DNA of 61,689 nt, the filler included, from Globobulimina sp. (Eukaryota): assembly GCA_003354225.1 (NCBI GenBank). It is 9 parts of 9 records of this genome, joined end to end, with 100 filler letters (N's around TTAATTAATTAA, not from the genome) between each part and the next. Parts side by side here need not be neighbours in the genome. Positions count along the whole stretch, not along the records: positions 34,392 to 41,151 come from PIVH01000243.1; positions 41,252 to 48,002 come from PIVH01000244.1; 7 more parts are not named here. One strand, 5' to 3'. The notes under the pieces are model-generated. The model saw nothing but the letters and a program-made list of their open reading frames with translations, ran no database searches and had not been told where the DNA came from. Made by a program: the position numbers and the translations under genes. Position 1 is the stretch's first letter. Each line of letters begins with the position of its first letter. Below, one piece after another: positions 35,760 to 47,596 of the stretch.

Positions 35760-36355
35760 TTGCGAATACAGACTTGCTTTTCGATGTTTGTCACAGCAAA
35801 TGCTTTTGCATCTACATTGAGTATATTCTGTTATTATCAAGTGCAAGGATGATAAATTATGTATATTATGTATGGATGTATATTGTCGACATACTGCATC
35901 GTTTTTTAATAGACCTCCTCCATTTGTTACAATGCGGATTTAGATGAGAAAAGGACAATAATGTACATAATGCCAACATAAAGGAACTAAATGCTATTAA
36001 TAATATGGTAACCAATATAAACACAGGGTTTATGAATTGACTTATTTTGTCACCGTCTCCTAAATTACTCTCCACATGATATGTGATGATGCCATACTTT
36101 TCTGATACCATTTCTATATTATTCTATTAGTATTATCCTTTTATATGTCCAAATTTAAAACGCAGCAATGATCATTTAATAAACTTTAACTTAAAAAACT
36201 TTCTCTGTGGTGTGAACATCAACATTCATATCATCCTTCCTCCAACCAATACATTATTTAATTAACCTCAAGTGTGCCATTTGGCAATTTCATCTCAAAA
36301 AGAACCTGAAATTTCCATCATTTTATTGATTTAATATTCATATTCATCTAAACCA

Positions 36356-39300
36356 ATGTCACAAAGTTTTGTTGTGCTCATCTTTTATCCTCAACAACAC
36401 ACAATAATACCATCAAAACAAATATATAGCCACATTTTGGACCTGTCCCGCATGTTCCTTTCTAAATTTCGAGCAATTTGCACATTGCCAAGCATGCTTC
36501 ATAACGCCCTACGAGTTCACCAACACCCTTCAAATCAATAAAAAAATCGGTATATACGCTATATATACAAAACACAATTATAATCCACAAAAATATAACA
36601 CATACACAGAACCATCCAACACCAAATTACAATGTGCCCACATCTACACTCAAGAATTCCCATCCTGCCGTACTGGATACACTGCACCAAAACCAACCAT
36701 ACCAGTGACCCAACCCGCTGTCCCCACAAACACTGACGACGCCGAATGTAAATACCCGACCGAACATAAACAAGCCACTTCGCCACAACAACATGACCCA
36801 AAATGGGACGCTATCTTCAACCGTCCTTATTTCGATACTTCCCGCATGAACTCGTGCGAAAAATATTTATACTCCACGCTGAAACAACGCATAATGTTAC
36901 TCGACGGCGGCATGGGTACAACCATACAAAAATTTAAATTCAAAGAGGCTGATTTCCGCGGCGAACGCTTCAAATCCCATCCGGACGACAAACCTTTGCT
37001 CGGTGACAACGACTTATTGGTATTAACCCAGCCGGACGCCATCAGACAAGTGCACTTAGATTATCTGCGCGCGGGCTCCGATATCATCGAAACGAACACA
37101 TTCAACGCCACTTCCATCTCCCAATCGGATTATTCGTGTCAACAATACGTGGCTGAAATCAATATGCAAGCTTGCAAACTGGCGCGCGAAGCTTGCGACA
37201 TTGTGTCCAAACAAGACGGCAAACGCAGATTCGTGGCGGGCGCCATCGGGCCGACCAATAAAACTCTGTCCATTTCGCCCAGCGTCGAAGATGGCGGCTA
37301 TAGAGATATTACGTGGGATGCAGTGGTCTGCGCATATGAGCAACAAATACGAGGTACGTTTGCATTCTATTGCACTGCTTACAAAATATATAAATAACTC
37401 ATTGTGGTACACGCAAAATACAGCATTGGTGGACAATGAATATGGCGGCGTGGATATCATTATGATCGAGACTATATTCGATACACTCAACGCAAAGGCG
37501 GCGATCTATGCTTGTTTGTCCGTGTTTGCAGCGCTCGATGTCCGCTTACCAGTGTTTATCAGTGGCACCATCGTGGACCAATCCGGGCGCACTCTGTCCG
37601 GGCAAACCGTGGAGGCCTTCTACGCCTCAATCAAACACATCAAGCCCTTCGCAGTGGGCCTGAACTGCGCGTTGGGCGCAAAGGACATGATTCGATTCTT
37701 GAAGCGGTTGAGCAACGTAAGCGAATGCTTTGTGTTGGCTTATCCCAATGCGGGTTTGCCGAACGAGTTAGGCGAATACGACCAGCCTCCGGATGAATTT
37801 TCAGACGAAGTGTGCCAATTTGCGCGCGAGAAGTTGGTCAATTTAGTGGGTGGATGCTGCGGTACGTCCACTACGTACATCGCGGCCTTGTCTGCCATGG
37901 TGGATGAGGGCAACTTTGCGCCGAGGACATTGATCACGAAGCCCAGAACGATGCAGTTGAGCGGGTTGGAGCAGCTGTTGGTGACTCCGCAGTTGAACTT
38001 TATTAATGTGGGGGAACGCTGCAACATCGCAGGCAGCGCCAAGTTCAAAAAGTTGGTGAAAAACAACAAGTTTGCTGATGCCGTGTCGGTGGCAAATAAA
38101 CAGGTCGAGGATGGCGCGCAGATCATCGATATCAATTTGGATGACGGGCTGGTCGACGGCCACAAAGCCATGAAGAAGTTCATCAATTTGATATCCGCGG
38201 AACCAGACATTGCGCGCATACCGTTCATGATCGATTCGTCCAAATTCGAGATCATTAAGATCGGTTTGCAGTGCTTTCAGGGCAAGTGTTTGGTGAACAG
38301 CATCTCTCTGAAAGTGGGCGAGCAGGAATTCATCAAACGCGCCCAGGAAATATTGAAGTACGGCGCCGGTGTCGTGATCATGGCGTTCGACGAAAAGGGG
38401 CAGGCTGCCACGTGCGAGGACAAAATACGAATTTGCTGCAGAGCGTACAACATTTTGTGTGCTCCGGAATACGGCGTCAACTTCCCGCCGCAGGATATCA
38501 TCTTCGACCCGAACATCCTGACGATCTGCACCGGCATCGAGGAGCACAATGCCTACGGCATCGACTTCATCAATTCCTGCCAAAGCATCCGCAAATTGTG
38601 CCCATACGCGCATGTGTCTGGGGGTCTGAGTAACCTCTCCTTCGCCTTCCGCGGCGTAAACAAGTTGCGGGGCGCGATGCATTCGGTGTTTTTGTACTAT
38701 GCGATTCAAAAGGGGATGGATTTCGGCATTGTGGATGCTGGCAAGATCCCGCTGTTTGACGATATCGAGGCGGGTCTGCGGGAGTTGTGCGTCGATGCGA
38801 TATTGAACCGCGACCCGGTGAACATTGTGGAACGTTTGTTGGCGAAATGTGAGCAGTTCAAACGAGAGAAGAAAGCGCTGAAAGCGGGCGGCGCAGTGCA
38901 GAGAGAGCAGAAAGTGGACGAATGGAGGAAGCAGAGCGTGGAGGAACGGCTGAGCTATGCGTTGGTGAAAGGAAATGACAAATACATTGTGGCGGATGTG
39001 GAGGAAGTGCGGCATGACAAGAAGCGGTATCCGTATACGCTGAACATCATCGAAGGGCCGCTGATGGCCGGCATGAATGTGGTCGGCGACCGGTTTGGTT
39101 CCGGCAAAATGTTTCTGCCGCAGGTGATAAAGTCGGCGCGTGTGATGAAGAAGGCGGTCAAGTATTTGCTGCCCTTTTTGGAGGAGGAGAATGTGGAAAG
39201 CAGTCAGAAGCAGAAATGCGTGCTGTTGGCGACGGTGAAGGGCGACGTGCACGACATTGGCAAGAACATAGTGGGCGTGGTGTTGGGCTGCAACAACTTC

Positions 39301-40767
39301 AAAATCATCGATTTGGGCGTCATGACGGACTGCGACGTGATTCTGGCGACTGCCGTCAAGGAGAAAGTGGATATTATCGGCTTGTCTGGGCTGATCACGC
39401 CGAGCTTGGACGAAATGGTGTTTGTGGCCGCCGAAATGGAGAAATTGTCGGACACTTTCTGCCAAATCCCGCTGTTGATTGGCGGCGCGACCACTTCCAA
39501 GAAGCATGCGGCGGTGAAAATTTGTCCGGCGTTCCCGTCTGGATTTTGTATGCGGGTTTTGGACGCCTCGCGCGCAGTGACGGTGTGCCAAGCGTTGGTG
39601 GACGAGGACAGGGAGCGACGCGAAGAGTTTATCGACGAAGTTGAGGAGGAATACGAGGAGATACGCGACGAGTATTTTGGCGGCGAAAAGGACCAAGTAT
39701 TGGTTGCTTATGACATTGTTCAGAGCGCCGACAAGAAATACAACATTTTCGCCGAGATCGCGTCGTATTCGCCGCCCGTTCCCCGCATTGGCAGCGGTTT
39801 GCAGAATCGCAAATATTTCCGCCGTTACGACCTGGCGTCGTTGCTGCCTTTTATTGATTGGAACCCGTTTTTCCAGGTTTTCCAGCTTCGCGGCACTTAT
39901 CCAAACCGAAACTATCCGAAGTTGTTCAACGACCCGAATGTGGGCAAAACGGCCAAGGAGACTTTCGACGATGCTCAAAATATGCTGTCGCAGTGGATCA
40001 AAAATGGGCACATTGTGGAGGCTCGCGGCGTGATTGGATTTTTTCGATGTAACTCGAATCCGGAGAATGACATTGAAATCTATGACGAGGACGGCAGCGG
40101 TGAATGCATCGCGGTGTTGCACGGTCTGCGGCAGCAAGAGGAGGAAAAGGAAGGTCGCTATCTGTGTTTGTCGGACTTTGTGGCGCCCAAAAACGAGCAC
40201 AATATCTGCGATTATATTGGTTTGTTTGTGGTGTCGGCGGGCTTCGGCGTCGACAGTTTGTGCGCGGATTATCGCTCCAATCAAACTGACGATTATTCCG
40301 CATTGTTGGCGCAAGCTTTGGCGGACCGTTTGGGAGAGGCGTTCGCCGAGAAAATGCACTTTGATGTCCGCCGCGAATATTGGGGCTATGAGCAGACGAA
40401 TGACTTAGACGACAACAGCGTGGATGCCAGCGACTTGCATAAGATTAAATATCAAGGCATCCGGCCGGCTCCCGGCTATCCTTCGCAGCCCGACCCGAGC
40501 GAGCTGGAAATTATATGGCAACTCTTGTCGGTGGAGGAAAAGTTGGACATCAAAATCACAAAACATTATGCCATGCATCCTGCGGCGACGGTGTCCGGTT
40601 TGTATATTCATCACAAGGAATCCAAGTATTTCCAGTTGGGGCAAATCACAAAGGAGCAGATTGTGCATTATCACGAAAGGAAGAGACCAAACGACGCAAA
40701 CATCCAAAATACGCAGAAGTGGCTCAAATCGTACTTGTCGTACGATGACGATGTTATTAGTAAATAA
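36356..40767 (+). CDS. metH: Cobalamin-dependent methionine synthase with N-terminal RanBP2/NZF zinc finger (exons 36356-36365, 36430-36549, 36610-37353, 37424-40767)
   Basis: [34 protein letters not shown] (Zn), pterin domain GERCN, B12 motif [11 protein letters not shown] and [13 protein letters not shown], reactivation domain [13 protein letters not shown]; three GT-AG introns of 64, 60 and 70 nt keep the frame. Confidence 0.95.
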
Positions 40768-41272
40768 ACTGACTGACTTGCTTTTTTTATTATAGATTTT
40801 ATTTTAACTATTTATTAGAGTTTTCTTTTGTATCTTTTCGTACATAATAGACAAACTTTCAACATACCACAGCAACCAATCACAAAAACATGCAAACAAA
40901 AAATTAAATCATTGCTTAATTATCAAACAATCAAAACCACCATCTTTTGATGAATTTATATTCCATTTTTTATCATTAAATCTTTGTTTTATGGACTCAT
41001 TCAAAATATCAATTAACCAGCTTTTATTTTCAAAATAATCTCTCCTTGCTCTAATAATATATTTAATGGATGATTCGTATGATTCAATCGATGATAAAAA
41101 TGATAATAAACTAAATCTATAATCTATCTCTCCATCAATATCTGTTGTATANNNNNNNNNNNNNNNNNNNNNNNNNNNNNNNNNNNNNNNNNNNNTTAAT
41201 TAATTAANNNNNNNNNNNNNNNNNNNNNNNNNNNNNNNNNNNNNNNNNNNNTTTTTTGGAGATTGCAATAAA

Positions 41273-42706
41273 ATGTCAGAGGCAGAAAATGTATTTAATT
41301 CAATATCAAATGATAATGATTTGGATGTTGTTTTAATCAGTTTGATGATGAAAATATTTATAAATAATGGACATTATGAGAATGCATTAAATTTATATCA
41401 AATAAATGATGAAAACAATGATGCAATTTGCCATTTATTAGCACTTAAAGCATGTGGACATGTTAAAAATTATAGTTTCGGAAAAGAAATTCATTTTAAA
41501 TTAATAAAAGAAACAGATAATAATATAAAACTAAAAACTGTTTTGATTGAATTTTATGCGAACTGTAATGATATTATGACAGCAGAGAATATATTTAATT
41601 CAATTAAGCCATTCGAGAGAGATATAATATGTATCAGCGCCATGATGTCAGCCCATATTAACAATGGCGAGGATGCAAAGGCCATTCAATTGTATGATAA
41701 CTATGATAGAGATCAAAGAGTAAATCTGTGCCATTTGGCAATAAAAGCATGTATTCATACTTATAATTATGAAAAAGGAAAAGAAATAATAAATTCAATC
41801 AATGTCACAAATAGCCCAAATATTGAAATAATGAATACTGTAATTACATTTTATGGCTTTTTTGGTGAAATGGAGAATGTTTTGAATATATTTAATTTGA
41901 TTGATAATAATAAGAAAGATATCATAACAACAAATGCAATGTTGACTGTGCTGATCAATAATGAATATTTTAATGATGCATTGGATTTATATAAAAAATG
42001 TACTTTAAACAAAGATGATATGACTCACTCATTAGCCATTAAAGCAAGTCAATGTTTAAATGAGTTTGATTTTGGAAAAGAAATAATTGTTGAAAATAAC
42101 TTATTGGATTTGGATTTGCAAAGTATTCAAATTCAAAATACGTTGATTGATTTTTACGGTAAAATGGGTGATATTTATTATTCATTAAAAATATTTAATT
42201 CCATTGCGGATCACAAAAAAGATATTATTACTATTAATGCCATGATGTCGGCATATTTGAGTAACGGAAAATATCTGCAAGTAAACAATTTGTTTGATAA
42301 AAAAATAAAAGATTTGACATTAATTGCGGATGCAACCACATATTCAATATTATTAACTCAATGCAGTCATAGTGGAGATTTAAAAAATGCAATTAAAATT
42401 TATATAAAATATATAAAACATAATAGTGATACAGAAATAAGATACAATCATTATATTATAACATGTTTAGTGGATTGTTTTGCACGGAAAGGATACTTAA
42501 ATGTTGCAAAAAATATAATTACAAAATATGAAAAGATTACAAAAAGATCACCATATTATGCGATGTATATTGCATTGTTAAGTGGTTCGAGAACATATCG
42601 GAATAAACAAATGGCTATGAAAATATATCAAGAAATACAAGAAAAATTTAATCAAAATGAGAATATTATGTATCGGGCAACTCTTTTGTTTAGAAATATG
42701 GTTTGA
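41273..42706 (+). CDS. Pentatricopeptide-repeat protein, PLS-like, ending in an E-domain-like motif (probably 5' truncated)
   Basis: Recurrent NT(L/V)IxFYG, DIxxxNAM(M/L) and ALKAC/AIKAC motifs in triplet; LLTQCSHSG...CLVDCFARKG...YIALLSGSR; no DYW. Confidence 0.85.
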   Translation: MSEAENVFNSISNDNDLDVVLISLMMKIFINNGHYENALNLYQINDENNDAICHLLALKACGHVKNYSFGKEIHFKLIKETDNNIKLKTVLIEFYANCNDIMTAENIFNSIKPFERDIICISAMMSAHINNGEDAKAIQLYDNYDRDQRVNLCHLAIKACIHTYNYEKGKEIINSINVTNSPNIEIMNTVITFYGFFGEMENVLNIFNLIDNNKKDIITTNAMLTVLINNEYFNDALDLYKKCTLNKDDMTHSLAIKASQCLNEFDFGKEIIVENNLLDLDLQSIQIQNTLIDFYGKMGDIYYSLKIFNSIADHKKDIITINAMMSAYLSNGKYLQVNNLFDKKIKDLTLIADATTYSILLTQCSHSGDLKNAIKIYIKYIKHNSDTEIRYNHYIITCLVDCFARKGYLNVAKNIITKYEKITKRSPYYAMYIALLSGSRTYRNKQMAMKIYQEIQEKFNQNENIMYRATLLFRNMV

Positions 42707-42786
42707 ACAATATATTAAAGTGACATACTTTTTCTTTTCTTTTGTGAAAGACTGAAAAACTTTGGAGCTTCTGACATTTACGAAGT

Positions 42787-45700
42787 ATGCATCAAGTTCT
42801 GTTTGTGTTGTTGATCCTATTATGTGTTGATGTCAGTTGTGATATTGAATTGGATAAAATTATTGGGCATGGAACTCCCATCAGTTAATGACAAAAATAT
42901 GATGTGTTTCTGTTTTACATTACATTTCAATACAAAACAATACATTAGATACTGAGCAACATTGCAAAGATATTGATGAAACCTGCCAGGAATTGGCATT
43001 AAATGGTTATTGCTACGACACAGATTTTATTCGATATTTTTGTCCAATAAGTTGTAGAAATCCATTGTGTACTAATTATTTCCCTGCATTTACTTCCAAA
43101 TCAAATTATTGGACACAAATGACATCGACAATATGTTATTACCCATCATCAACCGCATCCAAATTATATTTTTACCAAATTAACAATGTCTCATTAAATC
43201 AATGTCAGCACCAATGCAATAACAATCCATTGTGTTCTCATCTTCTATATATTGAGAAATCCATCCTTGCACAACAACCAATTACTGATTATATCCAATT
43301 CCTTTTGTTAACCACTACAAATAAACAAATACATAATGATATCTATGATAACAACATGACAATCAATATCTGCATTCATTCGTACATTCCATTAAAATCC
43401 TGTCAACCAATATGTGTCAACAACGATTTGCTATTAACATATTTAATTAATCATAAACAAGATCCAAACACTCACACAAACACTGCCAAACTGCTCAAAC
43501 CATTCATATTCTCCGCACATTACCAATATATATCCTTATTCTCTTTGTATATGAATGAGCATCAAAGCTGGCACATTCTCAATGAATTCAATACTAAAAA
43601 CAGTATCATTCCTTACGAATCGCACGAATATTATTACCCCCAAATGGATGTCAATAATAATGGTTTACGCCTGTTGCGAGCGCCTAAACTCTCCACCTTC
43701 GCAGGCGTCAATAAGGTACGTTTGGAATTTGAGTCTCGAGTCGACAGAGCTTTAGAAGTCTCGTGGGTGAATACCAGAAATCGGCGAGAATACTTTCAAG
43801 AATCGTTGGAAGCGGATACATGGAGCATTACTAAAGCACGGCACAGTTTCGATGGACATATATTTGTGATTCGCGACAGTCAAACCAAAGAATGGCTGAC
43901 CACATATCGGAATAACCCGTCACATACAAACGTGTTTATCACTATTACACCGTTCGGCGTTTGTGTGCGTGACGAAACGCAACAAAATAACAACGGTATT
44001 AATATGGACACCATTCCAACTGCAAACTTACTGAAACAGGCACAGCAAAAACGATGGGGCGCACACTCGAATATATCGGAAGTGTGGAGCTTATATGAAC
44101 AAATATTGTGGAGCTCCAACCATAGAAAGATGAGGGGAAAGGTGTTGAATTTAATGGGGCAAATATTTTTGTTTGGTTCGTACGATGAAATATTCGATTT
44201 CGACCTTGCTTGGTCATATTTTAAAGTGGCAGCTATGATGAATGATGGCGATGCAATGTATAACATGGCCTTTATGATTGAAAAGAAGTTTTTACCGACA
44301 ACAATGTACTCTCATTTGCCCAAGAATTTATACCGCATTTCCATGTTAAATTATTGGTGCGCAGCACAGTCACATTCGCAAAAAGCGCAGTTATTGCTAG
44401 GTTTCAGGTACTTGAATGGCATTGGCATGAATAAATCGTGCGAGCATTCAGTGTTTTTCTATCAAAAGCTAGCTAAAAAAGTGCGGAATGACGCACGTTC
44501 GTTAGATAAGTATGTAGATGTTATTGATCTATCTGACCCAATATCCAATGTACAAGATTTGAATATGAATGAACATCAAATCAGATATTATCAACAATAT
44601 GCCGCTATGGGCAGAGCGTGGGCGCATAACCATTTAGGTCAAGTTTATTTGTTTGGATTGCGAGGCATTGCGCAAAATTATGAAACCGCTGCACAGCATT
44701 TTGAAGCTGCAGCAAACGCAAAGGATCCGGTGGCAGCAACCTATTTAGGCAGATTGTATTGGAATGGTTTGGGGCGAAAAAGGAATTTAAATAAAACCTT
44801 GGAGCTGTTTGCATTTGCAGCGCAACGAAATGTGTCGCAAGCTCAGAATAATTTGGCTTATATGTTGTGGAAAGGGATTGGTTGTCAGCGGAATACGACA
44901 AAAGCACTGAAATGGTTCAAACGCGCAGCCAGTTTAAATTTTGCGCAAGCTATGTTTTATTTGGGTGAGATTTATAAAAAAGGTGATGGGGTTGGAAAAA
45001 ATATAAGTATGGCAGTGGAATATTACATATTAGCGACAAAGCGCAGACATTACAGATCCATGTATGAGTTGGCGATGCTGTATAAAGATGGTATTGGTGT
45101 GGCGCAAGATTGTGAGAAAGCGGTTGCTTTATTTAAGTATGTGGCGGAATATCATAATGTTAAATTCGAGCTAGAAAATGCGCGGTCTTCATTTGAATCG
45201 AGTCGCTATGCGGAATCGTTTGTGATTTATGCACAGAAAGCAGAGGAAGGATATATTAACGGACAGATTAATGCAGCTTTTTTGGCAGATAATGGATATC
45301 ATAAATATTTATATGACATTGATGATAATCCATTTTATAATGTTGGTGATGTAGTGGGTGAGGAATACAATAAAAGTAAAACAAAGAAAATAATTGTTTA
45401 TGATGACGTGGATGGAGAATGTAAAAATAATGTATTTTATTATTCGTTTGACGATAATGCATTGCATGAAAAATATAAACACAAAGTAAGCATTCCAGAG
45501 AATAAGGAGTTAGCGTTTAGGTTTTATAGTTTTGCAGCGTCACAAAATCATTCTCGATCGTTGCGGATTTTGGGCGATTATTATTGGTATGAATGGCCAC
45601 CAATTAATTTATTTTCTTATTTAGCAAATATTAGTTTTGATATTGATAACAATGAGCACAAATTTAATAAGAATAATAATAGTCAAAGTATTGGCGAATA

Positions 45701-46253
45701 TGACCAACGATCCATGGCATTATCCATTGCGTATTTATCCACTCCACAATCCATTGTTAAATATTCCAATATTGAGAAAGATGCAAATCAAAATAATTAC
45801 AAAAATACAATTAAAGTAAATCACAGTGAACCGCATTCAGTTGAGCAGGTTATGAAAAATGAATATTTATTAAGACATGAAGTGATTGCATGTTATTTAT
45901 ATGAATTAGCATCGTTACAAATGTCACCGAAAGTGGATGGACAGAGTTTATATGATTTTGCTTATTGTTATGAACACGGAAAAGGGAAAGGAAAAAATAT
46001 AAGTAAAGCAAGAGAAATATACTGGAATGCGATGAATAAAAGTACACAAGCTTTCATTCCCGTATTTGTTACATTGTTAAAAATGGAAGTTATTAATTTA
46101 TATCATTTATCTACAAATGAGCTTTGCATTCATTCTATGCAACAAATGGAAAACGTTATATTGGTAATATCTGTTGTCATGTTGGTGATTGTTTTATGTA
46201 TAAAATCAAGGCGAAACACAAACAGCAGACGTATACTTGACCCGAGCATTTAA
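42787..46253 (+). CDS. SEL1L/Hrd3-like SEL1-repeat type I membrane protein with N-terminal ShKT, PAN-like and VHL-beta-like modules (intron 42884-42948)
   Basis: Signal peptide MHQVLFVLLILLCVDVSC; many SEL1 repeats (AQLLLGFRYLNGIG..KSCE, LGQVYLFG, LGEIYKKGDGV, QDCEKAVALFKYVAE); C-terminal TM VILVISVVMLVIVLCI. Confidence 0.85.
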
Positions 46254-46272
46254 TTATGTTGTCTCATTTGCA

Positions 46273-46367
46273 AACGTATTTTTTTAAAAGTAGCCAAAAT
46301 CGCACAAAATCGCACATGAAAAATCTATTAAAAAACATTTTCACTTTTCTTTCTTTTCATATCATTT
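46273..46367 (+). repeat. Direct repeat copy A (~90 bp) upstream of the OTU gene
   Basis: 28-nt identical core TAAAAAACATTTTCACTTTTCTTTCTTT (46329-46356) with similar flanks (AAAATCGCA..., CAT.TCATTT). Confidence 0.8.
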
Positions 46368-46470
46368 ACAATAATTATCATAATTCAATTTTATAAACAT
46401 GATATCTATTAATAGTTGACATCAAATAACATAGATCGATAAACAACATTCAATAAATACAACATAACCA

Positions 46471-47427
46471 ATGAATTTACGATCAGTTTGGATAATTGGA
46501 ATTATCATATTTGTGGTCGCTGCTGGCCAACAACCTGTTAATCCAATGTATCAATTTCATGTGGATAAAATTATCCAATCTAATGATATTAATTATTTAT
46601 TAGATTTAAAAGTTGCATTGAAGCAACACGCAGACGATTGCATCGAATCGGTTCTTAGTCTCTTAGCAATACAGAATACTGCTTTGGCAGACAAATACAT
46701 TGAAATGATGAAGGAACCAAACATTGAGACTCAAGACAGAAACCTTTTACGTTCAATCATCGGCTCTGATTATCAATATCATGTCAACAAAATTATCCAA
46801 TCCGGTAATATTAAATATTTATTGGATTTAAAAGATCGCAGTCAACGGATCAAGCACTCTGTAATGAGGACAGAAGCAGAAGCATACGTTGAATGGGTTT
46901 GCAGTCTTTTAGCAATTCAGAATAGTCAGTTAGCAGACAATTACAATCAACATAGAAATTTGGAAGTAGAAAAATTAAAGAAACGGGAATTTAAACGCAA
47001 AATACGTGATCAATTTAAGAAGAGAATACGCAAAGTACAGGACGATGGGAATTGTTTATTTCGAGCAGTTGCAAGACAGTTTCAAGTGCATCGGATCAGC
47101 AGTCATACGCGAAAAGAAGTTAGGGCCAAAGCTGTACATTATATGAGGACACATCCCGACAAATTTGTCGGTCATTTTGCTGGCGATGATCAGAGAAACT
47201 CCTTCGATCAACATGTTGCCGCAATGGAAAAAGACATGACGTTTGGCACATATTCTGAACTGGTAGCCATTGCGTCTGTGTATCGCATACAAATTAAACT
47301 GTATTCATATGAAGGTATACGACCCATTGGTTCTATGTCAGATCGTGAGATTGAACTTGCATTTACCGGTCCTCTGGAAAGAGGGCATTTCGATTCAATT
47401 GAAGCGCCTATTACTACGGGAAAGTAA
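46471..47427 (+). CDS. OTU-family deubiquitinase with signal peptide and a duplicated N-terminal helical repeat
   Basis: MNLRSVWIIGIIIFVVAAG signal; DDGNCLFRAVA catalytic Cys; FGTYSELVAIA; GHFDSI catalytic His; intronless. Confidence 0.88.
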   Translation: MNLRSVWIIGIIIFVVAAGQQPVNPMYQFHVDKIIQSNDINYLLDLKVALKQHADDCIESVLSLLAIQNTALADKYIEMMKEPNIETQDRNLLRSIIGSDYQYHVNKIIQSGNIKYLLDLKDRSQRIKHSVMRTEAEAYVEWVCSLLAIQNSQLADNYNQHRNLEVEKLKKREFKRKIRDQFKKRIRKVQDDGNCLFRAVARQFQVHRISSHTRKEVRAKAVHYMRTHPDKFVGHFAGDDQRNSFDQHVAAMEKDMTFGTYSELVAIASVYRIQIKLYSYEGIRPIGSMSDREIELAFTGPLERGHFDSIEAPITTGK

Positions 47428-47507
47428 TTTGAATTTTTGATTTGACGATATTGCGTCTGTTTTTTTTTGTGAACCTTTATTTATTTATACGTGAGTAATC
47501 ACATCGA

Positions 47508-47596
47508 CACGTTTCTTTCTTAAAAAAAAGCAGCAAAAATCGCATATAAAAAATCCAGTAAAAAACATTTTCACTTTTCTTTCTTTCATGTCATTT
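47508..47596 (+). repeat. Direct repeat copy B downstream of the OTU gene
   Basis: Same 28-nt core at 47559-47586, 1230 nt after copy A. Confidence 0.8.

Noticed and set aside
37843-40359. 838-aa minus-strand ORF
   Set aside because: Antisense shadow of GC-rich metH with no domain motifs; the same applies to antisense ORFs over the PH and mucin genes.
36705-40767. metH as a bacterial contaminant or frameshifted pseudogene
   Set aside because: The frame change is explained by a 70-nt GT-AG intron (37354-37423), and two more host-type introns lie upstream.
8947-47427. Functional clustering of pPolB, LINE, OTU, RING and F-box genes as one system
   Set aside because: They lie mostly on different unlinked contigs; co-occurrence reflects sorting by length.
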